Source: Bugula neritina (taxonomy: Eukaryota; Animalia; Bryozoa). Taken from it: 64,000 nt of DNA. Each line of letters opens with the position of its first letter. Positions within the stretch are counted from its first letter, which is position 1. Both the position numbers and the translations under genes were made by a program. The stretch is from assembly GCA_964035545.1 (NCBI GenBank), contig OZ037767.1, positions 18,072,259 through 18,136,258 on the forward strand. Reading direction: 5' to 3'. The notes under the pieces are model-generated. The model saw only the letters and a list, made by a program, of their open reading frames with translations. It had not been told where the DNA came from and made no database searches. Below, one piece after another: positions 13,370-29,100 of this stretch.

Positions 13370-16300
13370 CGAAACATACGGCAACATACTGAAATATGAT
13401 GTAGCATACTGAAATACACTGCAACACACTGAAGTATACTGTAATATACAGAAATGTACTGTAACAAACTGAAACATACGTCAACATACTGAAATACGCT
13501 GTAACATATTGAGACAAACTGCAACACATTGAAATATACTGGAACTCACTGAAATATAGTGTAATCAACGGAAATGTACTGTAACATACTGAAACATACT
13601 GAAACATACTGAAACATACTAAAATATACTGGAGCATACCGAAACGTACTGCAACATACTGAAATATACTGCTAGATACTGCAACATACTGAAATACACT
13701 GTAACATACTGAAATACACTGCAACATACTGCAACATACTACAACATACTGCAACATACTGCAACATACTGAATTACAGTGTAACATATTGAAATACACT
13801 GCAACAAATTGGAGTATACTGCAACACACTGAAGTTTACTGTAATATACAGAAATGTACTGTAACAAACTGAAACATACGTCAACATACTGAAATACACT
13901 GCCACATACTGAAATATACTGCAACATACTGAAATTTACTGCAACATACTGAAACACACTGCTACATACTGAAATACACTGCAACATACTGACTTATACT
14001 GACATACACTGGAACATATTGAAATACACTGCAACAAATTGAAGTATACTGCAACACACTGAAATATGCTGTAACATATTGAAATACACTGCAACACATT
14101 GAAATATACTGTTACTTACTGAAATATAGTGTAATCAACGGAAATGTACTGTAACATGCTGAAACATACTGAAACATACTAAAATATACTGGAGCATACC
14201 GAAACGTACCGCAACATACTGAAATATACTGCGAGATACTGCAACATACTGAAATACACTGTAACATACTGAAATACACTGCAACATACTGCAACATACT
14301 ACAACATACTGCAACATACTGCAACATACTGAATTACAGTGTAACATATTGAAATACACTGCAATACATTGAAATATACTGCAACACACTGAAACATACT
14401 GCAACATACGGAAATATACTGCAACATATCAAAGTGTATCGTAATATACGGACATGTACTGTAACATACTGAAACATACTGAAACATACTAAAATATACT
14501 GGAACATACCGGAACATACTGCAAAATAATGAAACATACTGTACCACACTGAAATATACGGCAAAATACTGAAATACACTGCAACATACTGCATTATACT
14601 GACATACACTGGAACATATTGAAATACACTGCAACAAATTGAAGTATACTGCAATACACTGAAACATACGGCAATATACTCAAATATACTGCAACACATT
14701 AAAATATACTGCAACGTACTGAAATATGATGCAAGATACTGCAACATACTGAAATACACTGTGACATACTGAGATACACAGCAACATTCTGCAACATACT
14801 GAAATACACTGTAACATATTGAAAGACACTGCAACACATTGAAATATACTGCAACACACCGAAACGTACGGCAACATATTGAAATATGCTGTAGCATACT
14901 GAAATACACTGCAACACACTGAAGTATACTGTAATATACATAAATGTACTGTAACAAACTGAAATATACTGCAACATACTGAAATATACTGCAACACACT
15001 GCAACTTACTGAAATACACTGTAACATACTAAAATACACTGCAAAATACTACAACATACTGAAATATACTGTAACACATAGAAAAATACTGCATATACTG
15101 CAATATACTGTAACACACTGAAATATACTGCAACATACTGAAATACACTGTAACATACTGAAACATACTGCAACATACTGAAATACACTGCAACATACTA
15201 CAACATTTTGAAATACACTGCAACACATTGAAATATACTGCAACATACCTAAATATACGGTAATATACTGAAATATACTGTAACATACTGAAATATACTG
15301 CAAGATACTGCAACATACTGAAATGCACTTTAACATACTGAAATACACTGCAACATACTGACTTATAGCCTCCTGACATACACTGGAACAACTTAAAATA
15401 CACTGCAACAAATTGAAGTATACTGCAACACACTGAAGTATACTGTAATATACAGAAATGTACTGTAACAAACTGAAACATACGTCAACATACTGAAAGA
15501 CACTGCCACATACTGAAATATACTGCAACAAACTGAAATATACTGGAACATACTAAAATACACTGCTACATACTGAAATACACTGTAACATATTGAAATA
15601 CACTGCAACACATTGAAATATACTGCAACACACCGAAACATACAGCAACATACTGAAATACATTGCTACATACTGAAATTTACTGCAACATACTGCAACA
15701 TACTGAAATACACTGCTACATACTGAAATTTACTGCAACATACTGCAACATACTGAAATACACTGTAATATACTGAGTTACACTGCAACATACTGCAACA
15801 TACTGAAATACGCTGTAACATATTGAAACACACTGCAACACATTGAAATATACTGTAAGTCACTGAAATATAGTGTAATAAACGGAAATATACTGTGACA
15901 TACTGGAATATACTGTAACACAATGAAATATACTTCAACATACTGAAATACGCTGTAACATACTGAAATATACTGCAACCTACAGCAACATACTGAAATA
16001 TACTGTAACTAACTGAAATATATGGTAAACTACTGAAATATACTGTAACACATTGAAAAATACTGCAACACATTGAAATATACTGCAACAGACCGAAACA
16101 TACGGCAACATACTGAAATATGATGTAGCATACTGAAATATACTGCAACACACTGAAGTATACTGTAATATACACAAATGTACTGTAACAAACTGAAACA
16201 TACGTCAACATACTGAAATGTACTGCACCATACTGAAATACACTGTAATATACTGAATTACACTGCGACATACTGCAACATACTGAAATACGCTGTAACA

Positions 16301-19300
16301 TATTGAAATACACTGCAACACATTGAAATATACCGTAACTCACTAAAATATAGTGTTATCAACGGAAATGTACTGTAACATACTGAAACATACTGAAACA
16401 TACTAAAAGATACTGGAGCATACCGAAACGTACTGCAACGTCCTGAAATATACTGCGAGATACTGCAACATACTGAAATACACTGTCACATACTGAAATA
16501 CACTGCAACATACTGCAACATACTGCAACATACTGAATTACAGTGTAACATATTGAAACACACTGCAATACATTGAAATATACTGCAACACACTGAAACA
16601 TACTGCGACATACTGAAATATACTGCAACATATCGAACTGTATCGTAATATTTGGACATGTACTGTAACATACTGAAACATACCGAAACATACTAAATTA
16701 TACTGGAACATATCGGAACATACTGCTACATAATGAAATATACTGTACCAAACTGAAATAACGGCAAAATACTGGAATATACTGTAACACACTGAAATAT
16801 ACTGCAACATATTGAAATACACTGTAACATAATGAAATATACTGCAACATACTGCAATATACTGCAACATACTGAAATACACTGTAACATACTGAAATAC
16901 ACTGCAACATACTACAACATAGTGAAATACACTGTAACACATAGAAAAATACTGCATATACTGCAATATACTGTAACACACTGAAATATACTGCAACATA
17001 CTGAAATACACTCTAACATACTGAAACATACTGCAACATACTGAAATACACTGCAACATACTACAACATTTTGAAATACACTGCAACACATTGAAATATA
17101 CTGCAACATACATAAATATACGGTAATATACTGAAATATACTGTAACATACTGAAATATACTGCAAGATACTGCAACATACTGAAATGCACTTTAACATA
17201 CTGAAATACACTGCAACATACTGACTTATAGCCTACTGACATACACTGGAACAACTTAAAATACACTGCAACAAATTGAAGTATACTGCAACACACTGAA
17301 GTATACTGTAATATACAGAAATGTACTGTAACAAACTGAAACATACGTCAACATACTGAAAGACACTGCCACATACTGAAATATACTGCAACAAACTGAA
17401 ATATACTGGAACATACTAAAATACACTGCTACATACTGAAATACACTGTAACATATTGAAATACACTGCAACACATTGAAATATACTGCAACACACCGAA
17501 ACATAAGGCAACATACTGAAATACATTGCTACATACTGAAATTTACTGCAACATACTGCAACATACTGAAATACACTGCTACATACTGAAATTTACTGCA
17601 ACATACTGCAACATACTGAAATACACTGTAATATACTGAGTTACACTGCAACATACTGCAACATACTGAAATACGCTGTAACATATTGAAACACACTGCA
17701 ACACATTGAAATATACTGTAACTCACTGAAATATAGTGTAATAAACGGAAATATACTGTGACATACTGGAATATACTGTAACACAATGAAATATACTTCA
17801 ACATACTGAAATACGCTGTAACATACTGAAATATACTGCAACCTACAGCAACATACTGAAATATACTGTAACTAACTGAAATATATGGTAAACTACTGAA
17901 ATATACTGTAACACATTGAAAAATACTGCAACACATTGAAATATACTGCAACAGACCGAAACATACGGCAACATACTGAAATATGATGTAGCATACTGAA
18001 ATACACTGCAACACACTGAAGTATACTGTAATATACAGAAATGTACTGTAACAAACTGAAACATACGTCAACATACTGAAATACGCTGTAACATATTGAG
18101 ACAAACTGCAACACATTGAAATATACTGGAACTCACTGAAATATAGTGTAATCAACGGAAATGTACTGTAACATACTGAAACATACTGAAACATACTGAA
18201 ACATACTAAAATATACTGGAGCATACCGAAACGTACTGCAACATACTGAAATATACTGCTAGATACTGCAACATACTGAAATACACTGTAACATACTGAA
18301 ATACACTGCAACATACTGCAACATACTACAACATACTGCAACATACTGCAACATACTGAATTACAGTGTAACATATTGAAATACACTGCAACAAATTGGA
18401 GTATACTGCAACACACTGAAGTTTACTGTAATATACAGAAATGTACTGTAACAAACTGAAACATGCGTCAACATACTGAAATACACTGCCACATACTGAA
18501 ATATACTGCAACATACTGAAATTTACTGCAACATACTGAAACACACTGCTACATACTGAAATACACTGCAACATACTGACTTATACTGACATACACTGGA
18601 ACATATTGAAATACACTGCAACAAATTGAAGTATACTGCAACACACTGAAATATGCTGTAACATATTGAAATACACTGCAACACATTGAAATATACTGTT
18701 ACTTACTGAAATATAGTGTAATCAACGGAAATGTACTGTAACATGCTGAAACATACTGAAACATACTAAAATATACTGGAGCATACCGAAACGTACTGCA
18801 ACATACTGAAATATACTGCGAGATACTGCAACATACTGAAATACACTGTAACATACTGAAATACACTGCAACATACTGCAACATACTACAACATACTGCA
18901 ACATACTGCAACATACTGAATTACAGTGTAACATATTGAAATACACTGCAATACATTGAAATATACTGCAACACACTGAAACATACTGCAACATACGGAA
19001 ATATACTGCAACATATCAAAGTGTATCGTAATATACGGACATGTACTGTAACATACTGAAACATACTGAAACATACTAAAATATACTGGAACATACCGGA
19101 ACATACTGCAAAATAATGAAACATACTGTACCACACTGAAATATACGGCAAAATACTGAAATACACTGCAACATACTGCATTATACTGACATACACTGGA
19201 ACATATTGAAATACACTGCAACAAATTGAAGTATACTGCAATACACTGAAACATACGGCAATATACTCAAATATACTGCAACACATTAAAATATACTGCA

Positions 19301-22300
19301 ACGTACTGAAATATGATGCAAGATACTGCAACATACTGAAATACACTGTGACATACTGAGATACACAGCAACATTCTGCAACATACTGAAATACACTGTA
19401 ACATATTGAAAGACACTGCAACACATTGAAATATACTGCAACACACCGAAACGTACGGCAACATATTGAAATATGCTGTAGCATACTGAAATACACTGCA
19501 ACACACTGAAGTATACTGTAATATACATAAATGTACTGTAACAAACTGAAATATACTGCAACATACTGAAATATACTGCAACACACTGCAACTTACTGAA
19601 ATACACTGTAACATACTAAAATACACTGCAAAATACTACAACATACTGAAATATACTGTAACACATAGAAAAATACTGCATATACTGCAATATACTGTAA
19701 CACACTGAAATATACTGCAACATACTGAAATACACTGTAACATACTGAAACATACTGCAACATACTGAAATACACTGCAACATACTACAACATTTTGAAT
19801 TACACTGCAACACATTGAAATATACTGCAACATACCTAAATATACGGTAATATACTGAAATATACTGTAACATACTGAAATATACTGCAAGATACTGCAA
19901 CATACTGAAATGCACTTTAACATACTGAAATACACTGCAACATACTGACTTATAGCCTACTGACATACACTGGAACAACTTAAAATACACTGCAACAAAT
20001 TGAAGTATACTGCAACACACTGAAGTATACTGTAATATACAGAAATGTACTGTAACAAACTGAAACATACGTCAACATACTGAAAGACACTGCCACATAC
20101 TGAAATATACTGCAACAAACTGAAATATACTGGAACATACTAAAATACACTGCTACATACTGAAATACACTGTAACATATTGAAATACACTGCAACACAT
20201 TGAAATATACTGCAACACACCGAAACATACAGCAACATACTGAAATACATTGCTACATACTGAAATTTACTGCAACATACTGCAACATACTGAAATACAC
20301 TGCTACATACTGAAATTTACTGCAACATACTGCAACATACTGAAATACACTGTAATATACTGAGTTACACTGCAACATACTGCAACATACTGAAATACGC
20401 TGTAACATATTGAAACACACTGCAACACATTGAAATATACTGTAAGTCACTGAAATATAGTGTAATAAACGGAAATATACTGTGACATACTGGAATATAC
20501 TGTAACACAATGAAATATACTTCAACATACTGAAATACGCTGTAACATACTGAAATATACTGCAACCTACAGCAACATACTGAAATATACTGTAACTAAC
20601 TGAAATATATGGTAAACTACTGAAATATACTGTAACACATTGAAAAATACTGCAACACATTGAAATATACTGCAACAGACCGAAACATACGGCAACATAC
20701 TGAAATATGATGTAGCATACTGAAATATACTGCAACACACTGAAGTATACTGTAATATACACAAATGTACTGTAACAAACTGAAACATACGTCAACATAC
20801 TGAAATGTACTGCACCATACTGAAATACACTGTAATATACTGAATTACACTGCGACATACTGCAACATACTGAAATACGCTGTAACATATTGAAATACAC
20901 TGCAACACATTGAAATATACCGTAACTCACTAAAATATAGTGTTATCAACGGAAATGTACTGTAACATACTGAAACATACTGAAACATACTAAAAGATAC
21001 TGGAGCATACCGAAACGTACTGCAACGTCCTGAAATATACTGCGAGATACTGCAACATACTGAAATACACTGTCACATACTGAAATACACTGCAACATAC
21101 TGCAACATACTGCAACATACTGAATTACAGTGTAACATATTGAAACACACTGCAATACATTGAAATATACTGCAACACACTGAAACATACTGCGACATAC
21201 TGAAATATACTGCAACATATCGAACTGTATCGTAATATACGGACATGTACTGTAACATACTGAAACATACCGAAACATACTAAATTATACTGGAACATAT
21301 CGGAACATACTGCTACATAATGAAATATACTGTACCAAACTGAAATAACGGCAAAATACTGGAATATACTGTAACACACTGAAATATACTGCAACATATT
21401 GAAATACACTGTAACATAATGAAATATACTGCAACATACTGCAATATACTGCAACATACTGAAATACACTGTAACATACTGAAATACACTGCAACATACT
21501 ACAACATAGTGAAATACACTGTAACACATAGAAAAATACTGCATATACTGCAATATACTGTAACACACTGAAATATACTGCAACATACTGAAATACACTG
21601 TAACATACTGAAACATACTGCAACATACTGAAATACACTGCAACATACTACAACATTTTGAAATACACTGCAACACATTGAAATATACTGCAACATACCT
21701 AAATATACGGTAATATACTGAAATATACTGTAACATACTGAAATATACTGCAAGATACTGCAACATACTGAAATGCACTTTAACATACTGAAATACACTG
21801 CAACATACTGACTTATAGCCTACTGACATACACTGGAACAACTTAAAATACACTGCAACAAATTGAAGTATACTGCAACACACTGAAGTATACTGTAATA
21901 TACAGAAATGTACTGTAACAAACTGAAACATACGTCAACATACTGAAAGACACTGCCACATACTGAAATATACTGCAACAAACTGAAATATACTGGAACA
22001 TACTAAAATACACTGCTACATACTGAAATACACTGTAACATATTGAAATACACTGCAACACATTGAAATATACTGCAACACACCGAAACATACAGCAACA
22101 TACTGAAATACATTGCTACATACTGAAATTTACTGCAACATACTGCAACATACTGAAATACACTGCTACATACTGAAATTTACTGCAACATACTGCAACA
22201 TACTGAAATACACTGTAATATACTGAGTTACACTGCAACATACTGCAACATACTGAAATACGCTGTAACATATTGAAACACACTGCAACACATTGAAATA

Positions 22301-22620
22301 TACTGTAACTCACTGAAATATAGTGTAATAAACGGAAATATACTGTGACATACTGGAATATACTGTAACACAATGAAATATACTTCAACATACTGAAATA
22401 CGCTGTAACATACTGAAATATACTGCAACCTACAGCAACATACTGAAATATACTGTAACTAACTGAAATATATGGTAAACTACTGAAATATACTGTAACA
22501 CATTGAAAAATACTGCAACACATTGAAATATACTGCAACAGACCGAAACATACGGCAACATACTGAAATATGATGTAGCATACTGAAATACACTGCAACA
22601 CACTGAAGTATACTGTAATA
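13370..22620 (+). repeat. HOR domain II: two tandem copies of a 4587-bp unit, each containing a ~1.1 kb internal repeat at offset 1863
   Basis: ORF pairs offset by 4587: 13739/18326, 14112/18699, 15006/19593, 15666/20253, 16359/20946, 17256/21843. The variant gagacaaact is shared at 13511 and 18098. Internal pairs 15666/17529 and 15980/17843 are offset by 1863. Confidence 0.9.
15664..15765 (+). repeat. 50-bp local tandem duplication (gctacatactgaaatttactgcaac...) propagated in later HOR copies
   Basis: The rare variants gctac and aaattt recur 50 bp apart. The same pair appears at ~17527, 20251, 22114, 26003, 32832, 41180 and 49528, but the motif is single-copy at ~26698 and 36234. Confidence 0.8.
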
Positions 22621-25600
22621 TACACAAATGTACTGTAACAAACTGAAACATACGTCAGCATACTGAAATGTACTGCACCATACTGAAATACACTGTAATA
22701 TACTGAATTACACTGCGACATACTGCAACATACTGAAATACGCTGTAACATATTGAAATACACTGCAACACATTGAAATATACTGTTACTTACTGAAATA
22801 TAGTGTAATCAACGGAAATGTACTGTAACATGCTGAAACATACTGAAACATACTAAAATATACTGGAGCATACCGAAACGTACTGCAACATACTGAAATA
22901 TACTGCGAGATACTGCAACATACTGAAATACACTGCAACATACTGCAACATACTACAACATACTGCAACATACTGCAACATACTGAATTACAGTGTAACA
23001 TATTGAAACACACTGCAATACATTGAAATATACTGCAACACACTGAAACATACTGCAACATACGGAAATATACTGCAACATATCGAACTGTATCGTAATA
23101 TACGGACATGTACTGTAACATACTGAAACATACCGAAACATACTAAATTATACCGGAACATATCGGAACATACTGCTACATAATGAAATATACTGTACCA
23201 AACTGAAATAACGGCAAAATACTGGAATATACTGTAACACACTGAAATATACTGCAACATATTGAAATACACTGTAACATAATGAAATATACTGCAACAT
23301 ACTGCAATATACTGCAACATACTGAAATACACTGTAACATACTGAAATACACTGCAACATACTACAACATAGTGAAATACACTGCAACATACTGAAATAT
23401 CCTGTGACACACTGAAAGAGATTGCAACATACTGAAATACACTGTAACATACTGAAATACACTGCAACATACTGAAATATACTGCAAGATACTGCAACAT
23501 ACTGAAATGCACTTTAACATACTGAAATACACTGCAACATACTGCAACATACTGCAACATACTGAATTACAGTGTAACATATTGAAACACACTGCAATAC
23601 ATTGAAATATACTGCAACACACTGAAACATACGGCAACATACTCAAATATACTGCAACACATTGAAGTATACTGCAACATACTGCAATATACTGAAATAT
23701 AATGCAAGATACTGCAACATACTGAAATACACTGTGACATACTGAGATACACTGCAACCTACCGCAACATACTGAAATACGCTGTAACTTATTGAAATAC
23801 ACTGCAACACATTAAAATATACTGCAACACACCGAAACATACTGCAACACACTGAAGTATACTGTAATATACAGAAATGTACTGTAACAAACTGAAACAT
23901 ACGTCAACATACTGAAATACGCTGTAACATATGGAGACACACTGCAACACATTGAAATATACTGGAACTCACTGAAATATAGTGTAATCAACGGAAATGT
24001 ACTGTAACATACTGAAACATACTGAAACATACTGAAACATACTAAAATATACTGGAGCATACCGAAACGTACTGCAACATACTGAAATATACTGCTAGAT
24101 ACTGCAACATACTGAAATACACTGTAACATACTGAAATACACTGCAACATACTGCAACATACTACAACATACTGCAACATACTGCAACATACTGAATTAC
24201 AGTGTAACATATTGAAATACACTGCAACAAATTGGAGTATACTGCAACACACTGAAGTTTTCTGTAATATACAGAAATGTACTGTAACAAACTGAAACAT
24301 ACGTCAACATACTGAAATACACTGCCACATACTGAAATATACTGCAACATACTGAAATTTACTGCAACATACTGAAACACGCTGCTACATACTGAAATAC
24401 ACTGCAACATACTGACTTATACTGACATACACTGGAACATATTGAAATACACTGCAACAAATTGAAGTATACTGCAACACTCTGAAATATGCTGTAACAT
24501 ATTGAAATACACTGCAACACATTGAAATATACTGTTACTTACTGAAATATAGTGTAATCAACGGAAATGTACTGTAACATGCTGAAACATACTGAAACAT
24601 ACTAAAATATACTGGAGCATACCGAAACGTACTGCAACATACTGAAATATACTGCGAGATACTGCAACATACTGAAATACACTGCAACATACTGCAACAT
24701 ACTACAACATACTGCAACATACTGCAACATACTGAATTACAGTGTAACATATTGAAACACACTGCAAAACACATATCAAAGTATATACGGACATGTACTG
24801 TAACATACTGAAACATACTGAAACATACTAAAATATACTGGAACATACCGGAACATACTGCAAAATAATGAAACATACTGTACCACACTGAAATATACGG
24901 CAAAATACTGAAATACACTGCAACATACTGCATTATACTGACATACACTGGAACATATTGAAATACACTGCAACAAATTGAAGTATACTGCAATACACTG
25001 AAACATACGGCAATATACTCAAATATACTGCAACACATTAAAATATACTGCAACGTACTGAAATATGATGCAAGATACTGCAACATACTGAAATACACTG
25101 TGACATACTGAGATACACAGCAACATTCTGCAACATACTGAAATACACTGTAACATATTGAAAGACACTGCAACACATTGAAATATACTGCAACACACCG
25201 AAACGTACGGCAACATATTGAAATATGCTGTAGCATACTGAAATACACTGCAACACACTGAAGTATACTGTAATATACATAAATGTACTGTAACAAACTG
25301 AAATATACTGCAACATACTGAAATATACTGCAACACACTGCAACTTACTGAAATACACTGTAACATACTAAAATACACTGCAAAATACTACAACATACTG
25401 AAATATACTGTAACACATAGAAAAATACTGCATATACTGCAATATACTGTAACACACTGAAATATACTGCAACATACTGAAATACACTGTAACATACTGA
25501 AACATACTGCAACACACTGAAATACACTGCAACATACTACAACATTTTGAAATACACTGCAACACATTGAAATATACTGCAACATACCTAAATATACGGT

Positions 25601-26180
25601 AATATACTGAAATATACTGTAACATACTGAAATATACTGCAAGATACTGCAACATACTGAAATGCACTTTAACATACTGAAATACACTGCAACATACTGA
25701 CTTATAGCCTACTGACATACACTGGAACAACTTAAAATACACTGCAACAAATTGAAGTATACTGCAACACACTGAAGTATACTGTAATATACAGAAATGT
25801 ACTGTAACAAACTGAAACATACGTCAACATACTGAAAGACACTGCCACATACTGAAATATACTGCAACAAACTGAAATATACTGGAACATACTAAAATAC
25901 ACTGCTACATACTGAAATACACTGTAACATATTGAAATACACTGCAACACATTGAAATATACTGCAACACACCGAAACATACAGCAACATACTGAAATAC
26001 ATTGCTACATACTGAAATTTACTGCAACATACTGCAACATACTGAAATACACTGCTACATACTGAAATTTACTGCAACATACTGCAACATACTGAAATAC
26101 ACTGTAATATACTGAGTTACACTGCAACATACTGCAACATACTGAAATACGCTGTAACATATTGAAACACACTGCAACAC
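22620..26180 (+). repeat. Mosaic transition zone built from shortened pieces of the domain I and II modules
   Basis: Offsets to upstream homologues change stepwise (24162 vs 18326 = 5836; 25019 vs 19267 = 5752). The zone has several in-register deletions and one out-of-register lesion at ~24765-24785. Confidence 0.7.
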
Positions 26181-29100
26181 ATTGAAATATACTGCAACAC
26201 ACTGAAACAGACAGGAACATGCTGAAATATACAGCGACACATTGAAGTATACTGCAACATACTGCAATATACTGAAATATAATGCAAAATACTGCAACAT
26301 ACTGAAATACACTGTGACATACTGAGATACACTGCAACATACTGCAACATACTGAAATACGCTGTAACTTATTGAAATACACTGCAACATACTGACTTAT
26401 AGCCTACTGACATACACTGGAACAACTTAAAATACACTGCAACAAATTGAAGTATACTGCAACACACTGAAGTATACTGTAATATACAGAAATGTACTGT
26501 AACAAACTGAAACATACGTCAACATACTGAAAGACACTGCCACATACTGAAATATACTGCAACAAACTGAAATATACTGGAACATACTAAAATACACTGC
26601 TACATACTGAAATACACTGTAACATGTTGAAATACACTGCAACACATCGAAATATACTGCAACACACCGAAACATACAGCAACATACTGAAATACACTGC
26701 TACATACTGAAATTTACTGCAACATACTGCAACATGCTGAAATACACTGTAATATACTGAGTTACACTGCAACATACTGCAACATACTGAAATACGCTGT
26801 AACATATTGAAACACACTGCAACACATTGAAATATACTGTAACTCACTGAAATATAGTGTAATAAACGGAAATATACTGTAACATACTGAAACATACTGA
26901 AACATACTAAAATATACTGGAGCATACCGAGACGTACTGCAACATACTGAAATATACTGCCAGATACTGCAACATACTGAAATACACTGTAACATACTGA
27001 AATACACTGCAACATACTGCAACATACTGAAATACGGTGTAACATATTGAAATTCACTGCAATACATTGAAATATACTGCAACACACTGAATCATACTGC
27101 AACATACTGAAATACACTGTAACATACTGAAATACACTGCAACATACTGCAACATACTGCAACATACTGAAATACGGTGTAACATATTGAAATTCACTGC
27201 AATACATTGAAATATACTGCAACACACTGAAATATACTGCAACATACTGCAACACACGGAAGTTTGCTGTAGTATGTTAAAATGCACGGCAACATACTGA
27301 AATACACTGTAACATTTTAAAATATACTGTGACACACTGAAATATACTGCAACATACTGAAATACACTGTAACATACTGAAATACACTGCAACATACTGA
27401 AATACACTGCTACATACTGAAATATACTGCAAGATACTGCAACATACTGAAATACAGTGTAGCATACTGAAATACACTGCAACATGCTGCATTATACTGA
27501 CATACACTGGAACGTATTGAAATACGTTGCAACACATTGAAATATACTGTAACTCACTGAAATATAGTGTAATCAACGGAAATGTACTGTAACATACTGA
27601 AACATACTGAAACATACTAAAATATACTGGAGCATACCGAAACGTACTGCAACATACTGAAATATACTGCGAGATACTGCAACATACTGAAATACACTGT
27701 AACATACTGAAATACACTGCAACATACTGCAACATACTGCAACATACTGAATTACAGTGTAACATATTGAAACACACTGCAATACATTGAAATATACTGC
27801 AACACACTGAAACATACTGCAATATACTGAAATATACTGCAACATATGGAACTGTATCGTAATATACGGACATGTACTGTAACATACTGAAACATACCGA
27901 AACATACTGAAATATACTGGAACATACCGGAACATACTGCAACATAATGAAATATACTGTACCAAACTGAAATATACGGCAAAATACTGGAATATACTGT
28001 AACACACTGAAATATACTGCAACATATTGAAATACACTGTAACATAATGAAATATACTGCAACATACTGCAACATACTGCAACATACTGAAATACACTGT
28101 AACATACTGAAATACACTGCAACATACTACAACTTATTGAAATACACTGCAACACATTGAAATATACTGCAACATACCTAAATATATGGTAATATACTGA
28201 AATATACTGTAACATACTGAAATATACTGCAAGATACTGCAACATACTGAAATGCACTTTAACATACTGAAATACACTGCAACATACTGACTTATACTGA
28301 CATACACTGGAACATATTGAAATACACTGCAACAAATTGAAGTATGCTGCAACACACTGAAACATACTGCAACATGCTGGAACATACAGCGAAACATTGA
28401 AAAATACTGCAACATACTGCAATATACTGAAATATAATGCAAGATACTGCAACATACTGAAATACACTGTGACATACTGAGATACACTGCAACATACCGC
28501 AACATACTGAAATACACTGTAACTTATTGAAATACACTGCAACACATTGAAATATACTGCAACACACCGAAACATACGGCAACATACTGAAATGTACTGC
28601 ACCATACTGAAATACACTGTAATATACTGAATTACACTGCAACATACTGCAACATACTGAAATACGCTGTAACATATTGAAATACACTGCAACACATTGA
28701 AATATACTGTAACTCACTGAAATATAGTGTAATCAACGGAAATGTACTGTAACATACTGAAACATACTGAACCATACTGAAACATACTAAAATATACTGG
28801 AGCATACCGAAACGTACTGCAACATACTGAAATATACTGCGAGATACTGCAACATACTGAAATACACTGTAACATACTGAAATACACTGCAACATACTGC
28901 AACATACTGTAACATACTGAATTACAGTGTAACACATTGAAACACACTGCAATACATTGAAATATACTGCAACACACTGAAACATACTGCAATATACTGA
29001 AATATACTGCAACATATGGAACTGTATCGTAATATACGGACATGTACTGTAACATACTGAAACATACCGAAACATACTGAAATATACTGGAACATACCGG

